In this document: positions 20,401-30,300 of the stretch, piece after piece | Numbering within the stretch: the first letter of the stretch is position 1 | How the letters are laid out: every line of letters starts with the position of its first letter | From: Chthoniobacteraceae bacterium | GTDB lineage: Bacteria > Verrucomicrobiota > Verrucomicrobiia > Chthoniobacterales > Chthoniobacteraceae | Direction: 5' to 3' | Length of the DNA stretch: 64,000 bases | NCBI GenBank assembly: GCA_031409655.1 | Contig: JANNXQ010000032.1 | Location: 1 to 64,000 of the forward strand | Notes under the pieces: generated by a model | Databases searched by the model: none | What the model saw: the letters and a program-made list of their open reading frames with translations, nothing else | Told to the model about the DNA's origin: nothing | Made by a program: the position numbers and the translations under genes

Positions 20401-20783
20401 GCGCCTTCTCCACAGCGGACCTCGCAAACCTCAACATCAGCGGCGCAGCGGCGACGCCCGCCAAGGACGGGATCTCAAACACCCTCAAGTATGCCTTTGC
20501 CTTGCCGCCGCTCGCGCCTGCCGGAAACTCCAGCGCGTTGCCTCAGCCCACCACCTTCCTCGAGAGCGGCCGCCGCTATCTCGCCCTGACCTACCGGAAA
20601 AATGCCACCGCCACGGATCTCGCTTACCGCATCCTCGTCACTGGTGATCTCGCAAGTGGCACCTGGGACAGCGCTGCCCCGCCCGAGGAGATCGTCAGTT
20701 ACGATGGAGCGAATCCCATCGTGCGCCGCCGGGTCGATGTCACCGGCTCGAAGCAAAAGTTCATCCGCCTCGAAGTCCAGTAG
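17403..20783 (+). CDS. Secreted multidomain glycoside hydrolase (clan GH-A-like) with F5/8-like, Ig-like, PA14 and C-terminal domains
   Basis: Signal peptide; RNEPN, SFHPY, TEQG; VLLNDSD.D...FTYTVTDG Ig repeat; RWSGQI..SDD..RV.IDG PA14. Confidence 0.72.
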   Translation: MRFNTLKRLLSALQNRPSNPFRDWRFCASLCLFSLLIPAASAWQFNAPPNAAGVTSDRRNNIFFVGEKILLKVFGTSAIRYTIRDYYGNIVEAGPLTTDFVSLKDDANYEFVNSSRFFLPAVTAPGWYKLYLHGAQSVAPWGDIVGGSMFVIFRNTPGFPSVPARGTTSGTEPFNDNVLRGVTGSGPARHKMAAFQDANNGNQNPTAADHTAAIARTIAERTQDIAQDKTYYTPFDPYRQRVLLGAFDSGTPPVAMPGVTQIVQHFQNDIEVWEGRNEPNFFLTGSAYAAEFLAMRNAIKSVNPALKVIGPGAVGIRPWSNELYYIQNFLAAGGGNAIDGFSFHPYNSFLGDPFLARKCMDELVALLTQYGQQNKERWQTEQGVAATFFGSFQPRTQGRWVMLMFMLLEQYGIPKEHNYLWYERAGDFNIPAWWVNPDGTMFPVANLLRVWAEELYGTRYLQSLDFGPVGNKLYLGSLFTGPGKKVAAIMSSGSTDGQVRLQTSDATVHVTTPFGEERDLPTVGGYVRLPVSELPTYVRFTGSLSVVPIDWGQNIARLPGTTVTTSGTGAHPVEYNPPIPNSPTKIINGIFENHYYLEDYNLNNKVWVDDTEIVPNEPSFPAWVQINLPALTALDRVVIYSGVPYQWDGTLLDYDLQYHDGTQWVTLQTVFEPTKSFLAYTQSCWTSLDCFFSERWVFQHSFPSVTTNKIRIFVRDCTWGGGATYAVREAGGWTGERHVNLREVEIYNSNSTDPANQTPTAGHDTASTERDAVDIRVLLNDSDTDSWPHPIRIGSVSTPAHGRAAIVGDKVRYTPSWNFTGTDVFTYTVTDGLALATGTITVSANAGNPPKASGWLNLKAEYFSDQTFTNLVATDYSPGIINFFKEWPQAGPYGTNGQNFGIRWSGQIKPAYTGGYTLTTYSDDRARVRIDGQLVIDDWVPHSPFLARKSVLLEAGRTYNVQVDYTEGGGNSVMQFQWSYFLQTSDAFVPLAPTETWRRSAFSTADLANLNISGAAATPAKDGISNTLKYAFALPPLAPAGNSSALPQPTTFLESGRRYLALTYRKNATATDLAYRILVTGDLASGTWDSAAPPEEIVSYDGANPIVRRRVDVTGSKQKFIRLEVQ

Positions 20784-20799
20784 CCGGGCCTCGTTGCCT

Positions 20800-22056
20800 T
20801 CAGCCCACCGGCACCGTCTGCCGCTGGAGATCACGCGCCTTGCCCTCGGCATCATGCGCGACATTCGCGTAGGCATTGAAGTCGTTGAACCAATACTTCT
20901 TCGACCATCGGTACATCCAGTGTTGCTCCGGGATCTCCTCGCCGGGGAGCCATTGAGAAAATCGCGGCGTCATCGCCTCCAGTTCAGCCATCGCGGTCCC
21001 GCGCATGGTGGTGTCGCGGGCCCCGTGTTTTACCACGAGGTCTTTGACCAGGTCCGGTCGCTCAAGGACGACACATCCGCGAGTATGCTGCGCACTTAGT
21101 TCCCGGAAGTCCTTGAGGAAAGTGCTGTCGCGCATTGTCGCGAAGACTCCTCGTGGGTCGCGGATGTTTTCGGTGGCAAACTGGATGATCGGACACGGCT
21201 CGATGTCACCCCGTGGGTTCACGTGATGGCTCACGCCCGTGCTCATCGGGCAGAGCGCCTTGCCTTCGCCGTCGTAGTAGGCGTCGATAATCGCGATCGG
21301 CACTTTCGCGCGCATTTCCACCACGAAGCGCCGCACCCGCACGAGCTGCTCCGGCGTGAGCGCGAGCTGCGCATTCATCTTCGGACCAACGGGCCGGTAA
21401 GTGTGAAACCAGCAGTAATGCACCCCGCGCGCGATCAGCTCACGCAGCCAGGACTCCGTGCAAAGGTCGTCGATATTCGTCTGGCAGACGCTCGTGGCCA
21501 CGCCGGTCAGAATGCGCTCCCGCAGACACGCATCGAGGCCCCGCATCGACCGCGTGAAGACCTCCTTTTTCCCCCGCCGCTCATCGCTCACGATCTCGCG
21601 ACCTTCGATGGAAATGAGCGGCGTCGCGTTTCCAATCTGCCGCAATTTCTTCGCGATCTTATCCGTGATGAACTGCCCGTTCGTGAAGACTTGGAAGTAT
21701 GCGTCCGGGTGCGCCGCAAGCAGGTCGAGCAACTCCGGATGCATAAAGGGCTCGCCGCCAAGGATGCCGAAGAAGGCATTCCCGTGCGCCTTCGCGTCGT
21801 TGATCGTGCGGTTCAGCGTTTCGAGATCGATCTGCGTGCGCTCCGCCTCCACATCGACCCAGCAGCCCTGGCAGCGCAGATTGCAGCTATTGAGGATCGA
21901 GATGTAGAGGAAGGGCGGAAAGAATTCGCCGCGCTTGATCCGCGACTTGAATTTCTCCACCGAGAGCAGCCCCTTTACGCCGAAGTTCCACATGAACTTC
22001 CCGAGCAACCGCGGATCAGTGGTGCGGAGAATGCGGAGTGCGAGAGCGGGAAACAT
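20800..22056 (-). CDS. Radical SAM protein with SPASM/twitch-like C-terminus
   Basis: CNLRCQGC, GGEP, FTNG, ISIEG; CPM...GDIEPCP. Confidence 0.88.
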   Translation of the reverse strand: MFPALALRILRTTDPRLLGKFMWNFGVKGLLSVEKFKSRIKRGEFFPPFLYISILNSCNLRCQGCWVDVEAERTQIDLETLNRTINDAKAHGNAFFGILGGEPFMHPELLDLLAAHPDAYFQVFTNGQFITDKIAKKLRQIGNATPLISIEGREIVSDERRGKKEVFTRSMRGLDACLRERILTGVATSVCQTNIDDLCTESWLRELIARGVHYCWFHTYRPVGPKMNAQLALTPEQLVRVRRFVVEMRAKVPIAIIDAYYDGEGKALCPMSTGVSHHVNPRGDIEPCPIIQFATENIRDPRGVFATMRDSTFLKDFRELSAQHTRGCVVLERPDLVKDLVVKHGARDTTMRGTAMAELEAMTPRFSQWLPGEEIPEQHWMYRWSKKYWFNDFNAYANVAHDAEGKARDLQRQTVPVG

Positions 22057-22150
22057 GCGGGGACCGAGATGGTACGCCAGCACGCGCGGCGCGGCAAGCG
22101 GCGCGCCTCACTCATTGCGCGGTCTGCTGAGCCGCACCGTTCGGCTTAGC

Positions 22151-23398
22151 TTATTTCGGCCCGGTTGCGATGAACGTGAACGTCGCATCGACAAGGGAGC
22201 CATTGATGCCAAACGTGCTGACCTCGATCGACGTACTCGTGTAGTCGGAGATGGTGGCGATCTGCGGGACGCTCGAGTTGAATGCGGTGGCTGTCGCTGT
22301 GACATCACCCCCAAACGCGGTGGCGAAAGTGATCCGATAAACTCCGACCGGCTTGCCAACCGTCCGGGCGACCGTGAATCCGGTCCCTGAGTCCACACTG
22401 GGGGTGGGGATTGCTCCCCCGATGGCACCGCGAACGAGTCGGAGATTTTCCCCCGCGCCCACGGCCAGGAACTGTCCGGTCGAGCCAAGCCGGATATCTC
22501 CGCGCACGTCGAGCTTGGCGCCCGCCGTGGTCGTGCCGATTCCCAGATTGCCCGCAAAGTCGATTCGCAACTTCGGTGTCGTGAGGGCTCCGCCGGTGTA
22601 GAAATCTAGAAAGTCGTTACCAAAGGTGCCGCCAACGATCGCCTGGCGAGTGCTAGCCTGTCCGAAGCCGATCCCGGTGAGATTCGGCTCCAGCGTAGTG
22701 CCACTCGTAGCCGTGTTGACCAGATTCAGCGTTAGCGAGGAGTCCACCGAAGAGCCCACTCCCACGCCACCGACGGAGCTAGACCCACCGAGTACGCCGC
22801 CGCCCGTCGGATTCACGTCGATCTCGAGCACCGCAGGATAGCCGCTGCCCGCGCCTTCTTTCGAGCCGATGAGCACGCTCGCCGTGCCGTCGCTGCTGAC
22901 GCCAAAGCCAAACTCCCCACTCGGGTTGGCCAGCCAATCCTTTACTTGATTGGTCACGGTCAGAACCCGGAAGTTTTTCGCCGACGCCGCCGTCACCTGA
23001 AATGTTCCAGGCAGGCCGTTCGCTGCGGCTTTTGCAAGCGGCGACGGGATGGTCGCCGTCGGGAACGTCTCGGTGAAGCCCGACACATTGGCAAACAACG
23101 TCAAAGTCCCGGCCTTCGTGATTTTCGGAAAATAGATGACCAGCCGCGCTGCCGTCACCGAACTCGCCGAGAAACCGAGACCAGACTGGTTAAGGGCAAA
23201 GTTTATGTAGGCGTTGCTTTTCGAGGAGACGGTCAGCGTCGTCGCCGCTCCGGCGGTTTTCTTGATGGTCCCCGGCACTGCTCCGACAGTCAGCGACCCG
23301 GAGGTATCGGCGGTGACTTGGATAGTCGCGGCGTTGGCAGGTTTGGCAAAGGCCAGAAGCGCAAGACTGGTGGTGAGAAAGAAACGGCTAAGTCGCAT
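22151..23398 (-). CDS. Secreted protein with DNRLRE/CBM96-like N-terminal domain and tail-fibre-like GNLGIGT segment
   Basis: Signal peptide (ANA); AYINF..AARL..VTNQVKDWL..SKEG..P.LEID; GNLGIGTTTAGAKLDVRGDI. Confidence 0.55.
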   Translation of the reverse strand: MRLSRFFLTTSLALLAFAKPANAATIQVTADTSGSLTVGAVPGTIKKTAGAATTLTVSSKSNAYINFALNQSGLGFSASSVTAARLVIYFPKITKAGTLTLFANVSGFTETFPTATIPSPLAKAAANGLPGTFQVTAASAKNFRVLTVTNQVKDWLANPSGEFGFGVSSDGTASVLIGSKEGAGSGYPAVLEIDVNPTGGGVLGGSSSVGGVGVGSSVDSSLTLNLVNTATSGTTLEPNLTGIGFGQASTRQAIVGGTFGNDFLDFYTGGALTTPKLRIDFAGNLGIGTTTAGAKLDVRGDIRLGSTGQFLAVGAGENLRLVRGAIGGAIPTPSVDSGTGFTVARTVGKPVGVYRITFATAFGGDVTATATAFNSSVPQIATISDYTSTSIEVSTFGINGSLVDATFTFIATGPK

Positions 23399-23621
23399 AA
23401 ATGGAGGAACGGCGGGTGGATTGACTGAAGTCGCAGAGCGGAATGCCCTGCTGAACCGCAGGGACTGAGCCTGGCACTGCAATTGGCCGAAAGGCAATTC
23501 CTATTGCTGCGGAAGCGCTCGCATGCCGAGGGGGGCGGTGGACTTTGTCAGTCTCCGCGCATAGAAGGCGCCGGTCCATGAATGCAGACCCGTCCGCTCA
23601 AGACTCAAGCCGTCGTCCGCA

Positions 23622-24788
23622 ATGAGAGTCCTCTACGTCAATCACACGCTCCAAAAGAGCGGTGCGGGCATTAGCCTTTCGACGCTGTTGCACAGTCTCC
23701 CGGCAGACGTGGAGAAGTATTTCCTGCTGCCCGCGCGCTCGGAGATCAACGACGCCCTCGGGGCCACGACGGATTGCACCTTTGACGAGCGTTATTTCTG
23801 CCAGTTCCCCGCGACGCTCTACAATGCGCCGTACCCACCGCAGCTCTACGCGTGGCATCTGGCGAAAATCGCGGTGGCCGCGGTGCGCATCCGGCAGCTC
23901 GTGCGGCGCTGGCGCATCGACCTCGTCCACGCGAACGAAACGACGCTCGTCGCCTACGCTTTTGCCGCGCGGCTCGCGGGCGTGCCGGCGGTGCTGCACG
24001 CGCGGACGGCGATAGCGCCGCGCCGGTTCGAGCGTGCGCTGCTGGCGCGGCTCGGGCGGTGCAAAAGCACGCGCATCGTCTGCATCGACGGCGAGGTGCG
24101 CGACTCGCTGCCTGCTGCCTGCCGCAGCATCGCCGAGGTCGTCCACAATCCCATCGACCTCGGCCCCGCACCGATCGCCGCCGACGTCAGCGCGCTGCGG
24201 GCGAAGTGGGGCTGTGCGCCCGACGATGTCATCGTCGGACAGGTCGCTTCTCTGCATGAGCAAAAGGGGGTGTGGCTGATCCTCGATCTCGCCGAAAAAC
24301 TCTGCGCGGAATTTTCCGCGCTGTGCATCGTCCTCGTCGGCGACGATGCGCCGAGCGCTGGCGAAGGGCCGAAGCTCCACGAAGCCATTGCCCAACGTGG
24401 CCTCACGGGGCGCGTAATTTTGCCCGGCTACGACGCGCGGCTCGCGACGGTGTATGGCGCGCTCGATGTCGCGCTCTGCCTCTTCGGTGGCGCGCTCGGC
24501 GGCGTCGGCCGCGCCGCCTACGAAGCCGCGATCGCCGGAAAACCGCTCGTCGCGACGATGCCCGATCCGCAGCGCTCCGAGACGCTCCGGCATGGCGAGA
24601 GCGGCCTCCTTTTCACCCATGCCGACGTGCCTGGCATCACCGATGCCCTTCGCCGCCTCATCACCGACGCGCCCTTCCGCGCGCAACTCGGCGCGAGCGC
24701 GCAGGCCGCCATCGCCCAGCGCCACGCACCCGCCGCCGTGGCCGGCACCGTGCGCGAACTTTACGCAAAGCTGCTTGCGGGCGCCTGA
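23622..24788 (+). CDS. Glycosyltransferase family 4 (GT-B)
   Basis: MRVLYV..SGA, DLVHAN, QKG, YEAAIAGKPLVAT, ESGLL. Confidence 0.85.
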   Translation: MRVLYVNHTLQKSGAGISLSTLLHSLPADVEKYFLLPARSEINDALGATTDCTFDERYFCQFPATLYNAPYPPQLYAWHLAKIAVAAVRIRQLVRRWRIDLVHANETTLVAYAFAARLAGVPAVLHARTAIAPRRFERALLARLGRCKSTRIVCIDGEVRDSLPAACRSIAEVVHNPIDLGPAPIAADVSALRAKWGCAPDDVIVGQVASLHEQKGVWLILDLAEKLCAEFSALCIVLVGDDAPSAGEGPKLHEAIAQRGLTGRVILPGYDARLATVYGALDVALCLFGGALGGVGRAAYEAAIAGKPLVATMPDPQRSETLRHGESGLLFTHADVPGITDALRRLITDAPFRAQLGASAQAAIAQRHAPAAVAGTVRELYAKLLAGA

Positions 24789-24812
24789 GGCAGCCACTAC
24801 CACCGAGCCCGC

Positions 24813-25592
24813 ATGAAACTGCGCCGCCCCCGCAAGTCCGAACTGCTCGCCCGCTTCTCCCTCGGTTCGTGGATCACCATCCCACATCCGTCGGTCGGCG
24901 AAGTCATGGTCCGTGCGGGCTTCGACTGGCTCACCATCGATCTCGAGCACAGCGCCATCACGCTCGAGAGCGCGGCGGAACTTATCCGCACCATCGACCT
25001 CGCCGGTGCGAGCCCGTTGGTCCGCGTGGGCAGCCACGATGCGAATGTCATCAAGCGTGTGATGGACGCCGGCGCGCACGGCATCATCGCTTCCACGGTG
25101 AATACTCCTGAGCAAGCGGCCGCCATCGTCGCCGCGGTGAAGTATCCGCCCACCGGCAGCCGCGGCGTCGGCCTCTCACGGGCCCAAGGTTACGCCGATG
25201 AATTCGACGCGCACTACCGCTGGCTGAACGAAGAGAGCATCGTCTTCGTGCAGATCGAGCACCACGAGGCCGTCGCGAATCTCGAAGGGATCCTGCGCGT
25301 GCCCGGCGTCGATGGCTTCTTCATCGGCCCCTACGATCTCTCCGCCTCGCTCGGCATCCCCGGCCAGCTCGACGATCCGAAGATGATCGCCGCCCTCGCC
25401 GAAGTCCGCCGCGTGCGCGAGACCTTGCAGACTGTCGCCGGCATCCACGTCGTGCAGCCGGTCCCGGCGGAGGTGGAGAAAAAGTTCGCCGACGGCTACC
25501 GCTTCATCGCCTACGGCATCGATTACCTCTTCCTCCTGAACCACGCCCGCAGCGGCCTCGCAGAAATCCGCCGCACCCATCCCCAACCCTGA
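24813..25592 (+). CDS. HpcH/HpaI class II pyruvate aldolase
   Basis: GFDWLTIDLEH, LVRV, MDAGAHG, KYPP.G.RG, QIE, IGPYDLS. Confidence 0.9.
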   Translation: MKLRRPRKSELLARFSLGSWITIPHPSVGEVMVRAGFDWLTIDLEHSAITLESAAELIRTIDLAGASPLVRVGSHDANVIKRVMDAGAHGIIASTVNTPEQAAAIVAAVKYPPTGSRGVGLSRAQGYADEFDAHYRWLNEESIVFVQIEHHEAVANLEGILRVPGVDGFFIGPYDLSASLGIPGQLDDPKMIAALAEVRRVRETLQTVAGIHVVQPVPAEVEKKFADGYRFIAYGIDYLFLLNHARSGLAEIRRTHPQP

Positions 25593-25602
25593 TCATTTTC
25601 TC

Positions 25603-26361
25603 GTGAAAAAAGTCGTCGCCATCATCCCCGCCCGCATGGAGTCCACGCGCTTCCCCGGCAAGCCACTCGCGAAGATCTGCGGCCACACCATGATCGAACA
25701 CGTGCTCCGCCGCGTGCAGCTCGCAAAGAGCCTCACCGAAGTGGTCGTCGCCACGTGCAATGAAGAGATCGCGCGGGAAGTCGAGCGCGTCGGGGGTCGC
25801 GCCGTGATGACGAAAAACACCCATGAGCGCTGCACCGATCGCATCGAGGAAGCCGCGGACAAAGTGGGCGGCGACATCGTCGTGAACGTCCAGGGCGACG
25901 AACCCTTCGTGACGCCTGAGCAGATCGACCTCGCCGTCGGCGCCATGCTCGCCGATCCCTCACTACCTTGCGCCAACCTCATGGCCCGCATCGAGGACCA
26001 CGAATCACTCGAAGACCCGAACGAAGTGAAAGTCGTCTTCGACCTGAAAAAGTGCGCGCTCTACATGTCTCGCGAACCCATCCCGAGCTTGAAGAAAGGC
26101 GGCGCCTTTGACCACGCGTGGAAGCAAGTCTGCGTCATCCCGTTCACCATCGACTTCCTCCACACCTTCTCCCGCCTCGCGCCGACCCCGCTCGAGATCC
26201 GCGAATCCGTGGACATGATGCGGGCCATCGAGCACGGCTTCAAAGTGCAGATGGTCGAATGCCAGGCCAGCGGCCTGAGCGTCGATACCGAAGGCGACCG
26301 CCAGGACGCCGAGCGCGAGATGGAGCGCGACCCGCTCTACCGGAAGCTCTTCGGGGCGTAA
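25603..26361 (+). CDS. kdsB: KdsB-like ulosonate cytidylyltransferase
   Basis: IIPARMESTRFPGKPL, TDRI.E, VNVQGDEP, LE..ES, SVDT; substrate not certain to be Kdo. Confidence 0.85.
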   Translation: MKKVVAIIPARMESTRFPGKPLAKICGHTMIEHVLRRVQLAKSLTEVVVATCNEEIAREVERVGGRAVMTKNTHERCTDRIEEAADKVGGDIVVNVQGDEPFVTPEQIDLAVGAMLADPSLPCANLMARIEDHESLEDPNEVKVVFDLKKCALYMSREPIPSLKKGGAFDHAWKQVCVIPFTIDFLHTFSRLAPTPLEIRESVDMMRAIEHGFKVQMVECQASGLSVDTEGDRQDAEREMERDPLYRKLFGA

Positions 26362-26392
26362 GTCGCGCGGCGGAAATTTCGCCGGCAAGATT

Positions 26393-27028
26393 TCACATCG
26401 CCACCAAAGCCGCCGCCAAACCGCGCAGATCTGGCAACACTCGCGTGCCAGTCGGAAAGGGTCCGAGGCCATCCGCTGCGACCCCGATGAAGTGCAGCCC
26501 GCACTCCTTCGCCGCCGTGTAGTCCGTCATCGCGTCGCCGATGAAGACGACCTCCTCTTTTTCAAAGCCATGCTCGGCGAGGATGCGCCGCGCGATCTGC
26601 TGCTTCGTCGCGGGCGTTCCGTAAATGCCCGCGAAGTGCCGCGTCAACTGGCGCAACTCCACGATCCGCACGAGTTCCTCCTCCGGCGTGCCCGACGCAA
26701 CGAAGCACCGGTAGAGCCCGTCGTGCTCTAGCAGAAATTCCGGCGTGCCGGGAATCCACGCCGCCTTCACCACTTCGTCGAAGACCAGCGTGCTGAACTT
26801 TTCCCCGAGTTTCTCCGACTCCCCTGCGGAGAGCGGGAGGTGCAGGATGTTTTCGTAGATGTGCTGGAACTTCCGAAACCGCGAGATCCCGCCATGCGCC
26901 AAGTGATGCTCGACCGCCTGCCGCTCGACCTCCGGCCCATGCTGCGCAAAGAGCCGCGCAAACGCCCGCGTCTTGATGTCCACCGAGTCGAGGATCACCC
27001 CATCGAAGTCAAAAATGATCGCGCGCAT
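26393..27028 (-). CDS. HAD-superfamily phosphatase
   Basis: FDFDGVILDS, VASGT, K, FIGDAMTD. Confidence 0.88.
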   Translation of the reverse strand: MRAIIFDFDGVILDSVDIKTRAFARLFAQHGPEVERQAVEHHLAHGGISRFRKFQHIYENILHLPLSAGESEKLGEKFSTLVFDEVVKAAWIPGTPEFLLEHDGLYRCFVASGTPEEELVRIVELRQLTRHFAGIYGTPATKQQIARRILAEHGFEKEEVVFIGDAMTDYTAAKECGLHFIGVAADGLGPFPTGTRVLPDLRGLAAALVAM

Positions 27029-27246
27029 TTCAGGCCCGTTGATCACGATAGCGAAGTCCCCTTCCACACCACGCAGAGGCAAAGGAAAGAAAGTGGATTT
27101 GAGGCGGGAGCATGGAAATCAAGAATCCAAAGAACCCCAAACCGTGCCGAAGCCGCCGGTCTCGCACCAGTCAAAATAGAATGTTCGATCCATGGTAAAC
27201 TCTCCCAACCGCCGCTCCCAACTTCCGCCCGCAGGGAAGAATAGGG

Positions 27247-27319
27247 AGCCGGCTATCGGGTTCGAACCGATGACCTGCTGATTACAAATCAGCTGCTCTA
27301 CCAACTGAGCTAAGCCGGC
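27247..27319 (-). tRNA. tRNA-Thr(TGT)
   Basis: GCCGGCTTAGCTCAGTTGGTAGAGCAGCTGATTTGTAATCAGCAGGTCATCGGTTCGAACCCGATAGCCGGCT folds as a cloverleaf; CCA not encoded. Confidence 0.97.
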
Positions 27320-27388
27320 GCTTTACTGCCGCGTTCTATACGCGAAGGCGAGCGGGTGTCCAGCGGTCAGCGAGTCGGACTTGGCGGT

Positions 27389-30300
27389 TCACAGCAGGGT
27401 GACGCGCACGCGGTAGTAGCGTCTGCTGGCACCGGGCGGAAGGCCACCGGTGGCAGAACCGTCGTCGATCCAGACAAAATTCTGGCCGTCACCAGGCACG
27501 CTGGAGGAGCCGGGGCTCCAGGTCTGGAGATCGTTGCTGAACCACACGCGATAGGTCCGACCCGGCAGAGTGGGACTGGTCACGGTAATGTTGGGATTCG
27601 TCCTTACGACCGTCCACGGGTAGCGGTCCGGGGTGCTGGCGAGGAGGCCGAGCACCGATTCTTCGAGATTCGTGAAGCCGTCGCCGTCGGCGTCGAGGCT
27701 AGCGTCAGCGGCGTTGTGGCGGTCAAGGCCGTGGGTGATTTCGTAGGCGTCAGGGATGCCGTCGCCGTCGGAGTCAGCGGCGCCTTGTTTTAGGATGGTG
27801 AAGGTGTCGGTGATCTCGTTGTCGGACTCGATATAGGTGGCGTCCATGCGGTTCCCGTTGATGTCGAGATTGAAGCTGCCGAGGGTCCGTAGCGAAACGT
27901 ACACGGCCGGGTGATTGAGCGCGCCCGAGGTGCTGGCCTCACCGGCGCTGCCCGTGAGCGTATAGACGGCCCCGAAATGATCCCGAGGACCGGTGAGCGG
28001 TTTGAGGTAGGCACCATCGCCCTCGGGGCGACCGCTGCCAGGTTGCTTTTGGTGCGCAGCGGTAAAGGTGCTTGAGCTACCGTAGTGGCCGTCGAGGAGG
28101 AAGGAGCGCTCGTAGGCATGGCTGTGTCCAGTCAGGACGAGATCCACGCCACCCGCTTCCAGGATGGGACTGAAATTTGCCCGCATCTGAATAAGTTCCG
28201 TCTCGGTATCGGAGTTGTGCGAGCCCTTTGAGTAAGGTGGATGATGGAAGAATACGACGATCCACGTCTTGGTCGTGCTTCCGAGATCGCTTTGGAGCCA
28301 GGTGGTCATCAGCCCGGCGGTGCGGTTGGTCGTCTGGGAATCGAGATTGATAAAGTGGATGTTACCGTAGTCGAAGGAGAAGTAGTGTTCGGTCCCGGAG
28401 ATGACTCCGCCACACTCGCCATTTTTCGGAAAGGTGAACATGTCGAAGTAGGGAAAGTTCGCGAGCGGATCGGTGACTCCGTTGCTCGCATCGTGATTCC
28501 CGAGGCAGGACCAGAGCGGCATCTTGCGCAGGAAGGTGGGATACATGTTAAAGACCGCAGCGTCATATTCCGCCTGGGTGCCGCTGTTGTATGCGTTGTC
28601 ACCCAGCATGAGACAGAGGTCGGGCGTGCGCGCGCCGGTCCAGTTGTAATAGGCGTCGCGCACCGAGGCCTGGTTCGCATTCGCGCGACCACAATCTCCC
28701 AGTACCCAGATGCGCGTGTCGGTCGGGGTGCCGGGAAAGGGTGAAGTGCGGAAGGTGTGCTGCGCGTCGCCACCGGCGAGGGTGCCCGTCGAGCTCCCGA
28801 CGCTGTAGTAATAGCGGGTGTAGGGCGAGAGGCCAGTAAGTGGTACGATGTGCTCGGTGGTCGCGGCACCTTCATCGGTGAAGAGATTGAGCATTTCCAG
28901 GGAGGGGCCGTAACGTACGCGACCGATCACGGGCAGGCTGCTGCGCCAGCGGACGACGAGGCTGTGTTCGTTTGCTTGATTTAGGTACGGCCCGCGGGTG
29001 AGCGCACCGGAGGAACTGACGACCACATTCACCGCCGATGAGAGCGTTGCGTTGCCCCCGCTGTCTCGCGCGACCGCGGTCACGCTGTAGGTGCCCAGAG
29101 GCACGCCCGTCCAGGTAAAGGTGTAAGGCGAGACGGTATCCTCACCAAGTTTGGTGCCGCCTTGGAAAAACTCGACGCGCGCGACGGTGCCGTCGGAGTC
29201 GGCGGCGGTCGCCGCGAGGGGAACCGTCGCGCCTGGGGCAAAGGTGACGTTATTCGCCGGCGCCGTGAGCGCAACGGTCGGCGGGGCGTCAGCGCGGGTG
29301 GTGAAACGCCGGGTCGGCGTGGTCACGGTGTGAAGGCCGTCGGAGGCAGTTGCATACCACTCGTATTCTTTACCGCGCTCGAGACCAGGCAAGACGTAGC
29401 TCGCGCCGGCCCCACCGCTGGACACATTCACGGTCGCCAGCTCGACCCATGGCCCCATCGCAGACTGCATATCGTAAGGGAGCGTGAATTCACTGTCGGC
29501 GTCGGTCTCGGATTGCAGCAACGTGGTGGAGTAAGTGCGCGCGCGGATGATGTTATTCGCCGGAGAGAATTCGTAGTAACGCAACCAGCCGTCGCCGCCA
29601 TTAGTTCGCCCCTGGTAGTCCTGGAGCAGCGAATGGATCGGCCGTCCCTCGAAGGAGTCCGTGCGTTGACCTTCACCATGCACATGGCCGCACAGCATGG
29701 CGAAGAAGTTCCGGTTGTCTTTGAGTCCCTCATAAATCATCTGCGCGGCGCCGCCCCACGGCGCGGGATTGCCCGTGCCGAGGATCCAGTGGGTGGTGAG
29801 GATTCCACGGCGGTTGGGGTTTGCCTTCAGGAGCGCGTCGGCCCAGGCGATGATGGCCGCGTCGGCGGTCAAGCGGTAAGCCAGATGGATGATGATGAAG
29901 TCGAGACCGCTGGCGCTGAAGAATTCGTAGTTGTTGTTGTTATCGGCGGTGCCGTAGCGCCCTCCGTAGTAGGTGCGACCGGCAAAGCGCGTGACGCCGA
30001 AGTATTGGTTGTAGAAGACGGTCGTGCCGTTCTGATCGCCGACAGGGCTGAGGTCGTGATTGCCCGGCGCGCCGCCCCACGGGATGCCGTAGGCGGTCAG
30101 GGTGGATAAGGGATTCTCGAGCCGCGCCATGGCGCCGTCGGCGACCAGCCATTCGCTCGGGTTGCCGCCATTGTCGCCCGACTGCACGATATCACCCATG
30201 TGGGAGACAAAGGCGATGTTACGAGCCACCCGCTGATCCACGACCCACTGGGTCTGCGAGTGATAGATCGCGGCGCGGGTGCCGCCGAGATTCTCAGAGT

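Noticed and set aside
23470..23510. GAAA-tetraloop hairpin or sigma54-like TGGCAC upstream of GT4
   Set aside because: It lacks the rest of a c-di-GMP riboswitch consensus, and the -12 position reads GG rather than GC.
27244..27246. None of the three tRNA genes encodes 3' CCA
   Set aside because: Common in bacteria that use a CCA-adding enzyme; not remarkable.
27180..27319. tRNA-Thr(TGT) as integration site for the glycan gene block
   Set aside because: No duplicate of the tRNA 3' end and no integrase found; only a local hairpin follows the tRNA.
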